A stretch of 64,000 nucleotides of DNA from Gemmatimonadales bacterium (lineage in GTDB: Bacteria > Gemmatimonadota > Gemmatimonadetes > Gemmatimonadales > GWC2-71-9), in contig JBFIHA010000007.1 of NCBI GenBank assembly GCA_041602035.1, positions 86,720 to 150,719 of the forward strand, written 5' to 3'. The position numbers and the translations under genes are program-made. Below the pieces are notes generated by a model. The model did no database searches and was not told the origin of the DNA. It was given only the letters and a program-made list of their open reading frames with translations. Below, one piece after another: positions 24,955 to 34,009 of the stretch; position 1 is the stretch's first letter; each line of letters begins with the position of its first letter.

Positions 24955-27816
24955 ATGTACCATCTCCGCACGTTGGGAACCGCGCGCTTGGAAGGGCCTA
25001 GTGGCCCGTTGGGAGGCAGGGTCGCGCGGCGCCACCAGCTCGCGCTGCTCGCCCAGCTCGCCGTGGCCCGGGGCCACACCCTCACCCGCGACAAACTCCT
25101 CGCCTACCTCTGGCCGGAAGCGAACAACAACCGGGCGCGCCATCGGCTGAACGTGGCGGTGCATGAGGTTCGCCGGGCGTTGGGCGCGGACGCGATCGTT
25201 TCCCTGGTCGACGATCTACGTTTGAACACGGATGTCGTAACGAGCGATGTTGCCGAGTTCGAGGCCGCGGTGAGGACCGGCGAGTTGGAGCGCGCGGTGG
25301 GACTGTATGGCGGGCCGTTCTTGGATGGGTTTCATCTCAGGGGGGCGCGGGAGTTCGACGCCTGGGCGAGCGAGGTGCGGGAGCGGCTGTCGGGTCGCTA
25401 CGCCAATGCACTGGGGCAGCTGGCTAGCGAAGCGCGGGAGCTGGGCAACGGAGGGAGCGCGGTCCGTTGGTGGCAGGCGCTGGTGGCCCACGAGCCGTAT
25501 CAGGCCGACGCCGTGAATGGGTTGATAGAGGCGCTGGTGGCTGTGGGTGATCGGGCGGGGGCGCTGGAGGCGGGTAGCGCCTACGCCCGACGAGTGACGC
25601 GCGATCTAGCGATGGAGCCAGACGTCAAGGTGGTGGCTCTGTTAGAACGGGTGCGCTCAGAGAATCCGGAACCGGTTGCAGGCGGCACCGCCGTCGTGAG
25701 CGGGCCGACGGGGTCGGCGATATCACCCGAGCTCACCGCTTCACGCGTGCAGGGGCGCGACCAGGCCACGGCTCCGCGGCCCGTTACGCGTGGCCGGCAG
25801 CTCTGGTCGACGGCTCTGCACAGCCGGTGGATCCGTACGGCGGGTGTGGCGGGAGCGATCGCCATGGTTGCTGTTGGCGCTCGCATGTGGGTACACCAGT
25901 CGCAAGTCCGCTGGGCGCGAGACGTGGCGCTCCCCGCCGCGGCCCGACTCGTGGACGAGGGGCGGACGTATGCGGCGTACCGGTTGTTGCGGGAAGCTGA
26001 GGCGTACGTGCCGGATGATCCGATCCTCGAGGAGCTGCTGCTCGAATCCGCCACGCGCGTTAGCATTCGCTCCACGCCACCGGGCGCCCAGGTGTATGCC
26101 CGCGATTTCCTCGATGAACCGCACGCCTGGGAGCTCCTGGGCTCCACACCCCTGGACGCGGTACGCCTCCCGTGGGGCCACCTGGTGTACAGGATCTCGC
26201 TTGAAGGCTTTCAGCCCAGGGAGGGGCTGGTGTTCACGCAGGCTCGGGCGCTGGACTTCTCCCTGCAGCCGGCCAACGAGGCTCCTGCGAACATGGTGCA
26301 TGTGCCCGGCGGGAACTACGAGTTCTTCAAGCAGCAAGCCGACCTCGACGACTTCTGGATCGACCAGTACGAGGTGACCAACCGGCAGTTCAAGGTGTTC
26401 GTCGATCAAGGCGGATACGACAGACGTGAGTTCTGGCCTGAGCCAGTCGTCAACGACGGCACCGACTTTGGTTGGGACGAAACGCGGGCGTTGTTCCTTG
26501 ACCGGACGGGCCGGCCAGGGCCCGCCACGTGGGAGGTGGGTGCCTACCCTGACGGGCGGGACGAGTATCCGGTCAGCGGAGTGAGCTGGTACGAAGCGGC
26601 GGCCTATTGCGCTTCGGTCGGCAAGCAGCTTCCGACCGCCTTCCACTGGTACCACGCAGCCGCTCTGGGTGGGGTAACGGAGTTCGTGCAGTTCAGCAAT
26701 TTCGATGCGACCGGCCCCACGACGGTGGGCCATCCCCTTCGGCTCGGATTCCATGGCACGTACGACATGGCCGGCAACGTCAAGGAATGGGTCTGGAACG
26801 AAGCGGACGACGCCAGGCGGTACGTCCTGGGTGGTGGCTGGCATGAACCCAGCTACCAGTTCAACACTCCCGATGCGCAGCCCCCCACGCGCCGGGAGCC
26901 CAGCTACGGCATTCGCTGCGCCAAGTATCGAGCGCCCCTGACTGTGGCACAGACTGCCCCCATCGCGACGCCGTTCCGCGACTACCGACACGAGACCCCT
27001 GTGAGTGACGAGGTGTTCGCAGTGTACAAGAGGTTGTACGAGTACGACCGGACACCTCTAGACCCCCAGGTAGACCCTGTGCGCGAGGAGTTCGAGCACT
27101 GGTCAGTGGAGCACGTGAGCTTCGCAGCAGCGTACAGCAACGAGCGGGTGCCGGCGCAGCTCTTTCTTCCGAAGAACGCGCGTCCGCCGTTTCAGGCGGT
27201 TGTGTGGTTCCCAGGTGGCGCGCCATTTGTCCAGCGGTCTTCGCCTGAGGGATCCTTCGGCGATGCATCCAGGTTCCTGTTCCTGGTCCGGAGCGGCCGG
27301 GCAGTGGTGCTCCCGGTTTACAGGGGCATGTACGAACGCCACATCGGGCCCATCTTCTTGCCGAACATTTGGCGCGATCTGATGATTCATGCGGCAAAAG
27401 ATCTCCGCCGCACCGTTGACTACCTCGAGACGCGGCAGGATATCGACGCACAGAAGCTTGCGTACTCCGGGATCAGCATGGGCGCGGCGGTCGGTCCGAT
27501 CATGACCGCCGTCGAGCAGCGCTTCCGAGCGAGCATCCTGTTCGGTGGTGGGTTGTACTCCCTTCAGCAACCGCCGGAGGCAGAGGCATTCCATTTCGTT
27601 CCCCGGGTCAAAGTGCCGACCCTCATGATCAACGGCCGGCACGACTTCTTCTTTCAGTATGAGACATCCCAGGTCCCGATGCTTGAGTGGTTGGGCACGC
27701 CCGACAAGCACCATGCGGTTTTCGAGTCAGGGCACGTGCCGACAGAGCGGCAAGAGGTCATGAAGGAAGCACTGGACTGGCTCGACCGGTTTCTCGGGCC
27801 GGTGGCCAGACGCTGA
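24955..27816 (+). CDS. multidomain protein: SARP/BTAD transcriptional regulator + TM helix + FGE-sulfatase (SUMF1-like) domain + alpha/beta-hydrolase (S9/DLH-like)
   Basis: ORF 24871..27816, with ATG at 24955 (MYHLRTLG). The N-terminus is an OmpR-like winged helix plus BTAD (LLAYLWPE...AVHEVRRAL...DVAEFEAAV). A TM helix follows (IRTAGVAGAIAMVAVGARMWV). The FGE motifs are FWIDQYEVTN, YPVSGVSWYEAAAYC, GNVKEWV and GIRCAK. The C-terminal hydrolase carries the nucleophile elbow GISMG. Confidence 0.8.
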   Translation: MYHLRTLGTARLEGPSGPLGGRVARRHQLALLAQLAVARGHTLTRDKLLAYLWPEANNNRARHRLNVAVHEVRRALGADAIVSLVDDLRLNTDVVTSDVAEFEAAVRTGELERAVGLYGGPFLDGFHLRGAREFDAWASEVRERLSGRYANALGQLASEARELGNGGSAVRWWQALVAHEPYQADAVNGLIEALVAVGDRAGALEAGSAYARRVTRDLAMEPDVKVVALLERVRSENPEPVAGGTAVVSGPTGSAISPELTASRVQGRDQATAPRPVTRGRQLWSTALHSRWIRTAGVAGAIAMVAVGARMWVHQSQVRWARDVALPAAARLVDEGRTYAAYRLLREAEAYVPDDPILEELLLESATRVSIRSTPPGAQVYARDFLDEPHAWELLGSTPLDAVRLPWGHLVYRISLEGFQPREGLVFTQARALDFSLQPANEAPANMVHVPGGNYEFFKQQADLDDFWIDQYEVTNRQFKVFVDQGGYDRREFWPEPVVNDGTDFGWDETRALFLDRTGRPGPATWEVGAYPDGRDEYPVSGVSWYEAAAYCASVGKQLPTAFHWYHAAALGGVTEFVQFSNFDATGPTTVGHPLRLGFHGTYDMAGNVKEWVWNEADDARRYVLGGGWHEPSYQFNTPDAQPPTRREPSYGIRCAKYRAPLTVAQTAPIATPFRDYRHETPVSDEVFAVYKRLYEYDRTPLDPQVDPVREEFEHWSVEHVSFAAAYSNERVPAQLFLPKNARPPFQAVVWFPGGAPFVQRSSPEGSFGDASRFLFLVRSGRAVVLPVYRGMYERHIGPIFLPNIWRDLMIHAAKDLRRTVDYLETRQDIDAQKLAYSGISMGAAVGPIMTAVEQRFRASILFGGGLYSLQQPPEAEAFHFVPRVKVPTLMINGRHDFFFQYETSQVPMLEWLGTPDKHHAVFESGHVPTERQEVMKEALDWLDRFLGPVARR

Positions 27817-28230
27817 ACCATTCTCTGAACAATGGGGAGCATCCGGCCCTTCCACGAGCAAACGCGCATCGCGCCGGAGCGAGGACCTGTGCATGCCAGT
27901 TAACAGGCGCAATGCTTCGCGTGGCTTGTGACCGTTCGCTAGAGGATCTTCGTTCGCTGCGTATGGCCTCAGTAGGGACCACTCTTTGCCCGTCCCCCCG
28001 GCAGGGCCAGTGCATCGGGCTGCCGGGATCGAGCGTGGATCACTTTCTAAGTTGGGCACATCCTGGGCACATCCACCCGCAGACAGACGCAACCAGACGC
28101 CAGTCAGGCGCAAAAGGCGCCCTCATCGCCTCGGCCATGCGCCCTCCCGTCCGCGGGTAGGGTCGAGGTCGCCTACTCGGCGGCGTCGATCCGGTGAACC
28201 ACCGTACCGGTCAGATCCGCAAACCATTTG

Positions 28231-28355
28231 CAAACCAACAGGAAGGGACAGGACAGTACGAGAGGGGACAGAACGGGACGAAAGGACCTGCCAAGTCAGT
28301 ACAGGGAGGGACTAAACGGGACCAGAAGGGACCAGACGGGATGAAGACCACCGAA
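28231..28355 (+). repeat. T-depleted purine-rich tract with phased GGGAC motifs
   Basis: Only 6 T in 125 nt by hand count. GGGAC starts at 28245, 28265, 28275, 28308, 28318 and 28328, which are multiples of about 10 nt apart. Includes the tandem GGGACCAGA(A/C). It abuts tRNA-Trp partial copy 1. Confidence 0.6.
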
Positions 28356-28397
28356 CTCCAAAACCGGGGGTTGCAGGTTCGAGTCCTGCCGGGCCTG
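28356..28397 (+). repeat. 42-nt duplicate of the tRNA-Trp 3' portion (copy 1, 42/42 identical)
   Basis: CTCCAAAACCGGGGGTTGCAGGTTCGAGTCCTGCCGGGCCTG is identical to 22910-22951. It lacks the 5' acceptor strand and D-arm, so it is not a tRNA gene. Confidence 0.9.
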
Positions 28398-28400
28398 TGA

Positions 28401-28523
28401 AGACAGACGGTAAGACGGTAGGTTGGTAGGACGGTAGGTGCGTCCGGGCTTCCTACTGTCTTTGTCGTTTACCGTCCTACCGTCGTACCGTCCTACCGTC
28501 CGTTGCGAGTCCTGCCGGGCCTG
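28401..28523. repeat. GACGGTAGG-type ~100-nt imperfect palindrome H1 plus flanking 17-nt tRNA-Trp 3'-end repeat
   Basis: The left arm GACGGTAAGACGGTAGGTTGGTAGGACGGTAGG faces the right arm TACCGTCCTACCGTCGTACCGTCCTACCGTC. The 17-mer GAGTCCTGCCGGGCCTG follows at 28507-28523. Confidence 0.8.
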
Positions 28524-28525
28524 TG

Positions 28526-28560
28526 AGCGCAAGTGCTCATGGTGCTTGCGCTTCTGTTAT
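28526..28560 (+). terminator. stem-loop followed by T-rich run
   Basis: AGCGCAAG (28526-28533) pairs with CTTGCGCT (28545-28552), followed by TCTGTTAT. This mirrors the hairpin that follows the genuine tRNA-Trp gene. Confidence 0.4.
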
Positions 28561-28943
28561 GGCCCTTTGTTACCCTGGGTGGGCGTCACAGTGGCCTGTG
28601 ACCGATTGCGTGACGCTCCCAGCATAGAATCCGGCCGAGCCACGCAACTCTCTCTCAGCAGTCCCACTCAGTGCTTGCGCCTCAATCGGTTACTGAATCG
28701 GCGTCGATGTGCTCGACACCCCGAACCGGGCACCCGGTTCCGCTGTCGTACGGCTCGCCTCGAATGGAAGGCGTGTTTTGACCTTGCAGCGTGCCCGACG
28801 TTGCCGTCGGCTGCAGAGCAGAAGAGCGTAGGGCGCTGCGCCTCCATCTGGGAGAGGCGACCGTCTACGCATTTGAGTTCCGTCCGGTGGCGCAGAGCGG
28901 CCCGGCCTAATTCGTCACTTCGGTCCGGCGCTTCGACTACCGG

Positions 28944-30260
28944 CTATCGCATGGGCGACGCCGTCGGTAGCGGATTCACCACGTCGAGGTGACTCAGAAG
29001 CACGAGCTCCCCAGTCGTCGCGACGTTGGTGTAGTCGTACTGGTCGAGGCCGTCGGGACCGACCACGATCGCCAACGGCGGAATGAGGATGACATCGTAC
29101 GTCTCGTGGGCCGTTTCGAATGCGAGCAGGTCGATGTTCATGGGGTCGGTCACGTCGTAGACCTTGAGCCCGGCCCGGCCGTCGCACACGAACAGCGTGG
29201 CGCCGTCAATCCCCAGACCGAAGGGTCCCTGCATCCCGTAGCTTTTGACCAGCAGCGGATTCGCGAGGTCGGTGATGTCCAGGATGTCGAGCTGATTCGC
29301 GCCTCCCCCGCACAAGCTTCCCGCCCGCAGTGTCACGTAGGCATAGTCGCCGTGGGCCACCACGGGATCGCAGGCGGTGACGTGTGCAAACGCGGAGAGC
29401 TTCGTCGGGTTCTCCGGGTTGGTGTTGTCGTATATGAACATCCCCGTGGTGGATCCAATGAACAGGTAATCCCCGTACGGAAAGATCGTTTCGATACCCC
29501 AGCCGACGTCGACCGTGCTCCAGAGACTGGGATTGCTGGGATCGTCAATCCGCACGAGCTGGATGTACGAATCGTGAAGGGCGTACAAGAAGGGTTCGAC
29601 AATGGTGAACCGGGCCATCGATCCGCCTGTGCCGGTCGCGCCTGAGCGGTTCCCGCCTGTGGGGGCCGCGATATCCCCCCCGCTCTCGAGCCCTACACCA
29701 AAGAAGTGGTCCGCGCGCACGCGCTCGATTCCCGTCTGCTCCCATCCCACGACGACGCCGATGCGCTCATCGGGAGTCTCGACTCGGCTGTTGGCGACGA
29801 AATTGTCCGCCATCCAGGGTGATGGGGTCTGATACGGAAAAGCGTCTTCTATCCGTGCGACCTCGACGGCATTCAGCGGGTCGGCGATGTCGACCGCGAC
29901 GAGGTCCACATAGCTGTCGGCGTACAGGGTGGTGCCCTGTATTGCCATGTCGACGTTCCCGGGGATCGGGATGAAGGCAATCTTCTGCGGCGAGGATGGG
30001 TTGGTGTTGTCGATGACGTGGATGCCCTTGTAGAGCTCGTTGATGTAGATGTAGCTGTCTTTGACGTAGATCTTGCCGGTGGTGTCGATAGCGACGGGGT
30101 CCACCGCCACGACCGGCGTTCGGAGCTCCGCATAACTGAGGTAGACCGGCGAGAACACCGGTACCTCCTGGTACTCTGTGCAACCGGTAACAACGAATCC
30201 TGTTGCCGCAACGCAACCAACCGCGGCGAAGACGGCCGACGCCATAAGGGATTTTCGCAT
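28944..30260 (-). CDS. LVIVD-repeat (beta-propeller) lipoprotein
   Basis: ORF 28944..30281. MRKSLMASAVFAAVGCVAATGFVVTGC is signal/lipobox-like. Repeated motifs of the GIHVIDNTNPSSPQKIAFI and LKVYDVTDPMNIDLLAFE type are present. Confidence 0.75.
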   Translation of the reverse strand: MRKSLMASAVFAAVGCVAATGFVVTGCTEYQEVPVFSPVYLSYAELRTPVVAVDPVAIDTTGKIYVKDSYIYINELYKGIHVIDNTNPSSPQKIAFIPIPGNVDMAIQGTTLYADSYVDLVAVDIADPLNAVEVARIEDAFPYQTPSPWMADNFVANSRVETPDERIGVVVGWEQTGIERVRADHFFGVGLESGGDIAAPTGGNRSGATGTGGSMARFTIVEPFLYALHDSYIQLVRIDDPSNPSLWSTVDVGWGIETIFPYGDYLFIGSTTGMFIYDNTNPENPTKLSAFAHVTACDPVVAHGDYAYVTLRAGSLCGGGANQLDILDITDLANPLLVKSYGMQGPFGLGIDGATLFVCDGRAGLKVYDVTDPMNIDLLAFETAHETYDVILIPPLAIVVGPDGLDQYDYTNVATTGELVLLSHLDVVNPLPTASPMR

Positions 30261-30780
30261 TTTCGCATGCTCCATGGTCACGCCTCCTGGCTTTCCGGAG
30301 TGACCTGAAGCCTGCTAGTCGGCTCCCGGAGGAGCCTCTCGCAGCCCGTATCACGCCTCATGCAGCAAGCTAGCAAGCTTCGGGTCACTATGGTTCGATT
30401 TGAGATTCGCGGTGAGGATTCCGCCAAAGCGCCACCCCTGTTCTCCCAAGGGTCGCTGGTAGCCTGCGTGAAGTCCCCACGTCCGGGTACGAGAGCAAAC
30501 GGAAGAGAGCGCATGGCGCCTCCCTGCCCGGTGGGCAGCTCCGGCCCCCAACACGCACTCCCCGGGGACACGTGGCCCGCCGCATCACCTTGTATGACCC
30601 GCCGCGGCCCCGAAGGGTCACATCACGGCGGGTGATTCATGGGATTCCCCGGGGCTGACCGCCCCGGGTTCAGGTGTGCTTCCCTTGAGCAGCCGGACGC
30701 GGGCATTGCTCGGACGCGTACCATAGCCAAGCTCGGTGACCGGTGTCGCAGACTGATCAAGCCCTATGTTGAATGGAGAC

Positions 30781-30888
30781 CGTCACAACTGACGTTTCCT
30801 CTGACGTTAGCCCATGCCGTACCCTTCGTTCTGGTGGGTATTGCGTCAGTGAATGACGCCTCTTGACGCCGTTTTGACGTAAGGGTAC
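30781..30888 (+). repeat. cluster of TGACG/CGTCA motifs bracketed by an 8-bp inverted repeat
   Basis: Motifs: CGTCA-N4-TGACG (30781-30794), CTGACGTT twice (30789, 30801), GCGTCA-N5-TGACGC (30843-30859), TTGACGCC and TTGACGTA. GTACCCTT (30829) faces AAGGGTAC (30881). The cluster abuts tRNA-Trp partial copy 2. Confidence 0.6.
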
Positions 30889-30890
30889 AT

Positions 30891-30932
30891 CTCCAAAACC
30901 GGGGGTCGCAGGTTCGAGTCCTGCCGGGTCTG
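30891..30932 (+). repeat. 42-nt duplicate of the tRNA-Trp 3' portion (copy 2, 40/42 identical)
   Basis: CTCCAAAACCGGGGGTCGCAGGTTCGAGTCCTGCCGGGTCTG has two substitutions relative to 22910-22951. Confidence 0.9.
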
Positions 30933-30934
30933 TG

Positions 30935-31057
30935 AAGAAAGACGGTAAGACGGTAGGTGGGTAGGACGGTAGGTGCGTCCGGGCTTCCTACTGTCTTTGT
31001 CGTTTACCGTCCTACCGTCGTACCGTCCTACCGTCCGTTGCGAGTCCTGCCGGGCCT
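30935..31057. repeat. GACGGTAGG-type palindrome H2 plus flanking 16-nt tRNA-Trp 3'-end repeat
   Basis: Nearly identical to H1 (GACGGTAAGACGGTAGGTGGGTAGGACGGTAGGTGCGTCCGGGCTTCCTACTGTCTTTGTCGTTTACCGTCCTACCGTCGTACCGTCCTACCGTCCG). GAGTCCTGCCGGGCCT lies at 31042-31057. Confidence 0.8.
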
Positions 31058-31091
31058 TTCAGAGCCGGGGACCCATCTCGATCATGGGCAC

Positions 31092-33689
31092 TTAACCGCC
31101 CACCTTGCGGCCTGTGGCATCACGGCCATTCTGATGCATTACGACGCCGGTCACCTCCCCCGACTGGTTCTTGGTAAATGTGAACTCCACCGGAGCTGTT
31201 CTTGAGTAGAACCTGGTCTCCGACTCGGCGTAGATCCGAGACTTCTCCTGCCCAGCCGGCTGAACCCATAACGTGCCATCCTCGAACGTCACGACGACCG
31301 AGAACCGCGACGAAAACTGGTACTCGCCGGTGTACGACACGAGAACGGTCGCGTCGACCTCGGCTTCAGCGCGCTCCGACACGGGACCCTTGCATTCCCG
31401 TCCCGACTCGATTTCGCTTTCGATCCGATTGAACTCCATCGCGTAGTTCGACACGTTGTCGTACTTCATCTCTCGCGCCATGTCGTACGCTTTGCTGTAG
31501 TTCGCTCTCGACTCCTCTGACCGACACAACACGCGATACGCGTCCCCGAGGTGGTTGAACACCCGCGCCGATCCGGGATGGAGCACCGCGTTGCGCTCCA
31601 ATTCCCGTACGGCGTCGTCCCAGCGACCTTCCCGCGCGTGCGTGCGCGCGGCGATGTCGGCCACGTCTTCATGCGGTACCACTCGATATCCAAACCGCTC
31701 GCTCAGCTCGGCGTAGTGGGCGTCAATCGTCGCCCAGCCTTCTCCGCCGGCTTGCGCCGCCAAGGTCGCGATGTCGGTAAGCTCCCAGCCAGCGAACAGC
31801 CAGGTCAGGCCGTCGCGAAGCGCGACATGTGCATCGGCCGAGCCACTGGAGAAGGTTCTGTCTCCACCGTACGACGCGTTCATCGATCCATCTCTACCCA
31901 CTGCGATCGTGCCGACCGATTCGTGAGGGCCCGCCGTCTGCGCATCTCCCACGAGTATCGTCAACGCGGCCGTGCGGTACTCGGCCGCGACCCATGGCCG
32001 CAGCTCGTCAGTGATGAACGCAGAAAAGACAGACCGTTGCGCGGCCGTGGGTGCCGGAGTATGCACGACGATGAGCCCAGGGGCGCGGCCGCGATCGGCC
32101 AGAGAACGCGCGACGCCGGAGGCCTGATGCAGCGCAGGCTCACCGTCGAGCACGACCATCACGGGGTACTGACTGGACATCGACAACTCGTATCCCTCGG
32201 GCGTCAGCGTCCGGAGCGAGCGCTCCTCGCCGAGAATCGCGGAAGTAATGCTGGCCTTCCGTCCGGGAAGCGACGCCCTCGCGCCCTCGGCTGCGGCTAG
32301 CGGGACACCGGCTGCGATGCGACGAGGTGCGCTGGTGCTCCGTCCGCCCTGGTGCAGGACCATGCCATTGACCGCGCCGGCGTCGTCTTTGGCAAACGAG
32401 ATCTGCGCATTCACGACGCGGGCAAAGAACCTCGTATCGGTCTCGGGGAAGATCGGGAACTTGTTCTGCCCGGTTGCCTGCGCGAAGAGGCCATCGTTCT
32501 CGAGCGTGATGGCAATGACGAAAGTCGGTCGCAGCTCGTACTCGCCGACGTAGGTCTCAAGAATGTCTTGGGGGACGAAGACTTCGATCCGATCGGCTAC
32601 CGGCGTGTCACTCACCGGGATGTCCGGGTTGATCAGATGTAACGCAATGTCCCGTGACGAGATCGGGTAGTTCGCGAGCATGACCGCGCCGACGCCGGCG
32701 TCCGGATCGAATCCAACGAACGCGCGGAAGCCCCGCGTGGCGCCCCCGTGGGTGATGATGCGTTTCTCACCAAACCTCATCACGTGCCAGTTGAGGCCGA
32801 TATCGGTGTTCTCGTCGACGGTACTCCGCACTTGGTACGCATCCCGCATCGACCGTTCGATCTGCGACGTCGGTGGACCGGTGTTGGCGGCCACGAAACG
32901 CAACATGTCTTCTGCATTGGACCGTAGAGCGCCCATCGCCGGGAGGTTGGGCCAGTTGCGGTAGGGAGCAGCGAGCCCCATCTCGTCGTGTCCGACCGTC
33001 ATCCACTCGCGCACCTCACCTTCGACCTTCGTGCTCGTTGTGTGCATCCCGAGGGGATCGAGGATCCTTTCCCTGAGCAGCTGTTCGTACGTTTGCCCGG
33101 TGGCGCGCTCGAGCACGTGGCCGAGTAACGCGACCGCGATGTTCGAGTACTCGTACTCGGCGCCGACATCGCGGCGCAGCTCGTGGCCCGAGAGAAACTC
33201 GTACAGCATGTCGATCGTGTACGTGGGGTACGCGCCGTCGCCGGTGGGAACCATGTTGGTCGGCATGCGCGTCAATGACGACCGGTGCGTGGCAATATCG
33301 AGCAACGTGATCTCGCGTCCGGGTCGGCTCGGGACAGTCACACTGTCAGGCAGGTACTTGGCGATCGGGTCCTCTAGAGCGACCTCACCGCGCGCGACCG
33401 CGTCCGCCAGCAGGATCCCCGTAAAGGCCTTGGTGATCGATCCGAGTTCGAAAACCGATTTAGGGCCGAGCGGCCGTGCACCTTCGCCGGCATCACCGTA
33501 GTAGACGATTTTCGTCGATCCATCGGCTTCCATGACGCCGAGCACTATCGCCATGCCGCTGTCGGCCTCGACGCGCTTTTCGATGAGTGCGGTCAGGTCC
33601 TCAGTCGACGGGAAATGTTGTGCGCTCGCGGCGGCGGGAAGCAGTATCGCGAGCAAGAAAAGGATGGTCAGTCGCGTTCGCTGCATCAT
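31092..33689 (-). CDS. serine hydrolase (class C beta-lactamase/PBP family) with esterase-like, TPR and two DUF3471-like regions
   Basis: ORF 31092..33935. The ATG at 33689 gives MMQRTRLTILFLLAILLPAAASAQ. The SxxK motif is GSITKAF. The upstream ORF extension is translated hairpin repeat and is spurious. Confidence 0.8.
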   Translation of the reverse strand: MMQRTRLTILFLLAILLPAAASAQHFPSTEDLTALIEKRVEADSGMAIVLGVMEADGSTKIVYYGDAGEGARPLGPKSVFELGSITKAFTGILLADAVARGEVALEDPIAKYLPDSVTVPSRPGREITLLDIATHRSSLTRMPTNMVPTGDGAYPTYTIDMLYEFLSGHELRRDVGAEYEYSNIAVALLGHVLERATGQTYEQLLRERILDPLGMHTTSTKVEGEVREWMTVGHDEMGLAAPYRNWPNLPAMGALRSNAEDMLRFVAANTGPPTSQIERSMRDAYQVRSTVDENTDIGLNWHVMRFGEKRIITHGGATRGFRAFVGFDPDAGVGAVMLANYPISSRDIALHLINPDIPVSDTPVADRIEVFVPQDILETYVGEYELRPTFVIAITLENDGLFAQATGQNKFPIFPETDTRFFARVVNAQISFAKDDAGAVNGMVLHQGGRSTSAPRRIAAGVPLAAAEGARASLPGRKASITSAILGEERSLRTLTPEGYELSMSSQYPVMVVLDGEPALHQASGVARSLADRGRAPGLIVVHTPAPTAAQRSVFSAFITDELRPWVAAEYRTAALTILVGDAQTAGPHESVGTIAVGRDGSMNASYGGDRTFSSGSADAHVALRDGLTWLFAGWELTDIATLAAQAGGEGWATIDAHYAELSERFGYRVVPHEDVADIAARTHAREGRWDDAVRELERNAVLHPGSARVFNHLGDAYRVLCRSEESRANYSKAYDMAREMKYDNVSNYAMEFNRIESEIESGRECKGPVSERAEAEVDATVLVSYTGEYQFSSRFSVVVTFEDGTLWVQPAGQEKSRIYAESETRFYSRTAPVEFTFTKNQSGEVTGVVMHQNGRDATGRKVGG

Positions 33690-33806
33690 TTGGGCGTGTC
33701 CGCGTGAGGGGTGTCTGCACTTGAATGTGCGTAGCACCCTTACGCGGTCAAGGCGTTGCGGTTTCGAGGAATTCGACCGAGGGACGGGGCGGGATGAAGG
33801 TGAGGC

Positions 33807-33886
33807 GCAGACTCGCTCTACCCGTCGGCTCGTCCGCTGTCGCGCACTCGCCGCCGGCTGACGAGTCGAGTCCTGCCGGGCCTGTG
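33807..33886 (+). repeat. ~80-bp direct repeat R2, copy B
   Basis: GCAGACTCGCTCTACCCGTCGGCTCGTCCGCTGTCGCGCACTCGCCGCCGGCTGACGAGTCGAGTCCTGCCGGGCCTGTG. It ends with a perfect copy of the 17-nt tRNA-Trp 3' end (33868-33884). Confidence 0.7.
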
Positions 33887-34006
33887 GAAATAGACGGTAC
33901 GACGGTAGGTCGGTAAGACGGTAGGTGCCCGCCATGCCCGCCGTCTTTGCTGTTTACCGTCCTACCGCCTTACCCTCCTACCGTCCGTTGGGAGTCCTGC
34001 CGGGCC
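33887..34006. repeat. GACGGTAGG-type palindrome H3 plus 15-nt tRNA-Trp 3'-end repeat
   Basis: GACGGTACGACGGTAGGTCGGTAAGACGGTAGG faces TACCGTCCTACCGCCTTACCCTCCTACCGTC. GAGTCCTGCCGGGCC lies at 33992-34006. Confidence 0.75.
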
Positions 34007-34009
34007 GGT

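Noticed and set aside
27817-28230. Looked for tyrosine-recombinase remnants next to the duplicated tRNA-Trp segments. I translated 27840-28020 in all three minus-strand frames. I also scanned 28530-28940 and 30290-30780.
   Set aside because: No R..H..R..Y-type or other integrase motif is recognisable, and only short featureless ORFs are present. A blastx search would be decisive.
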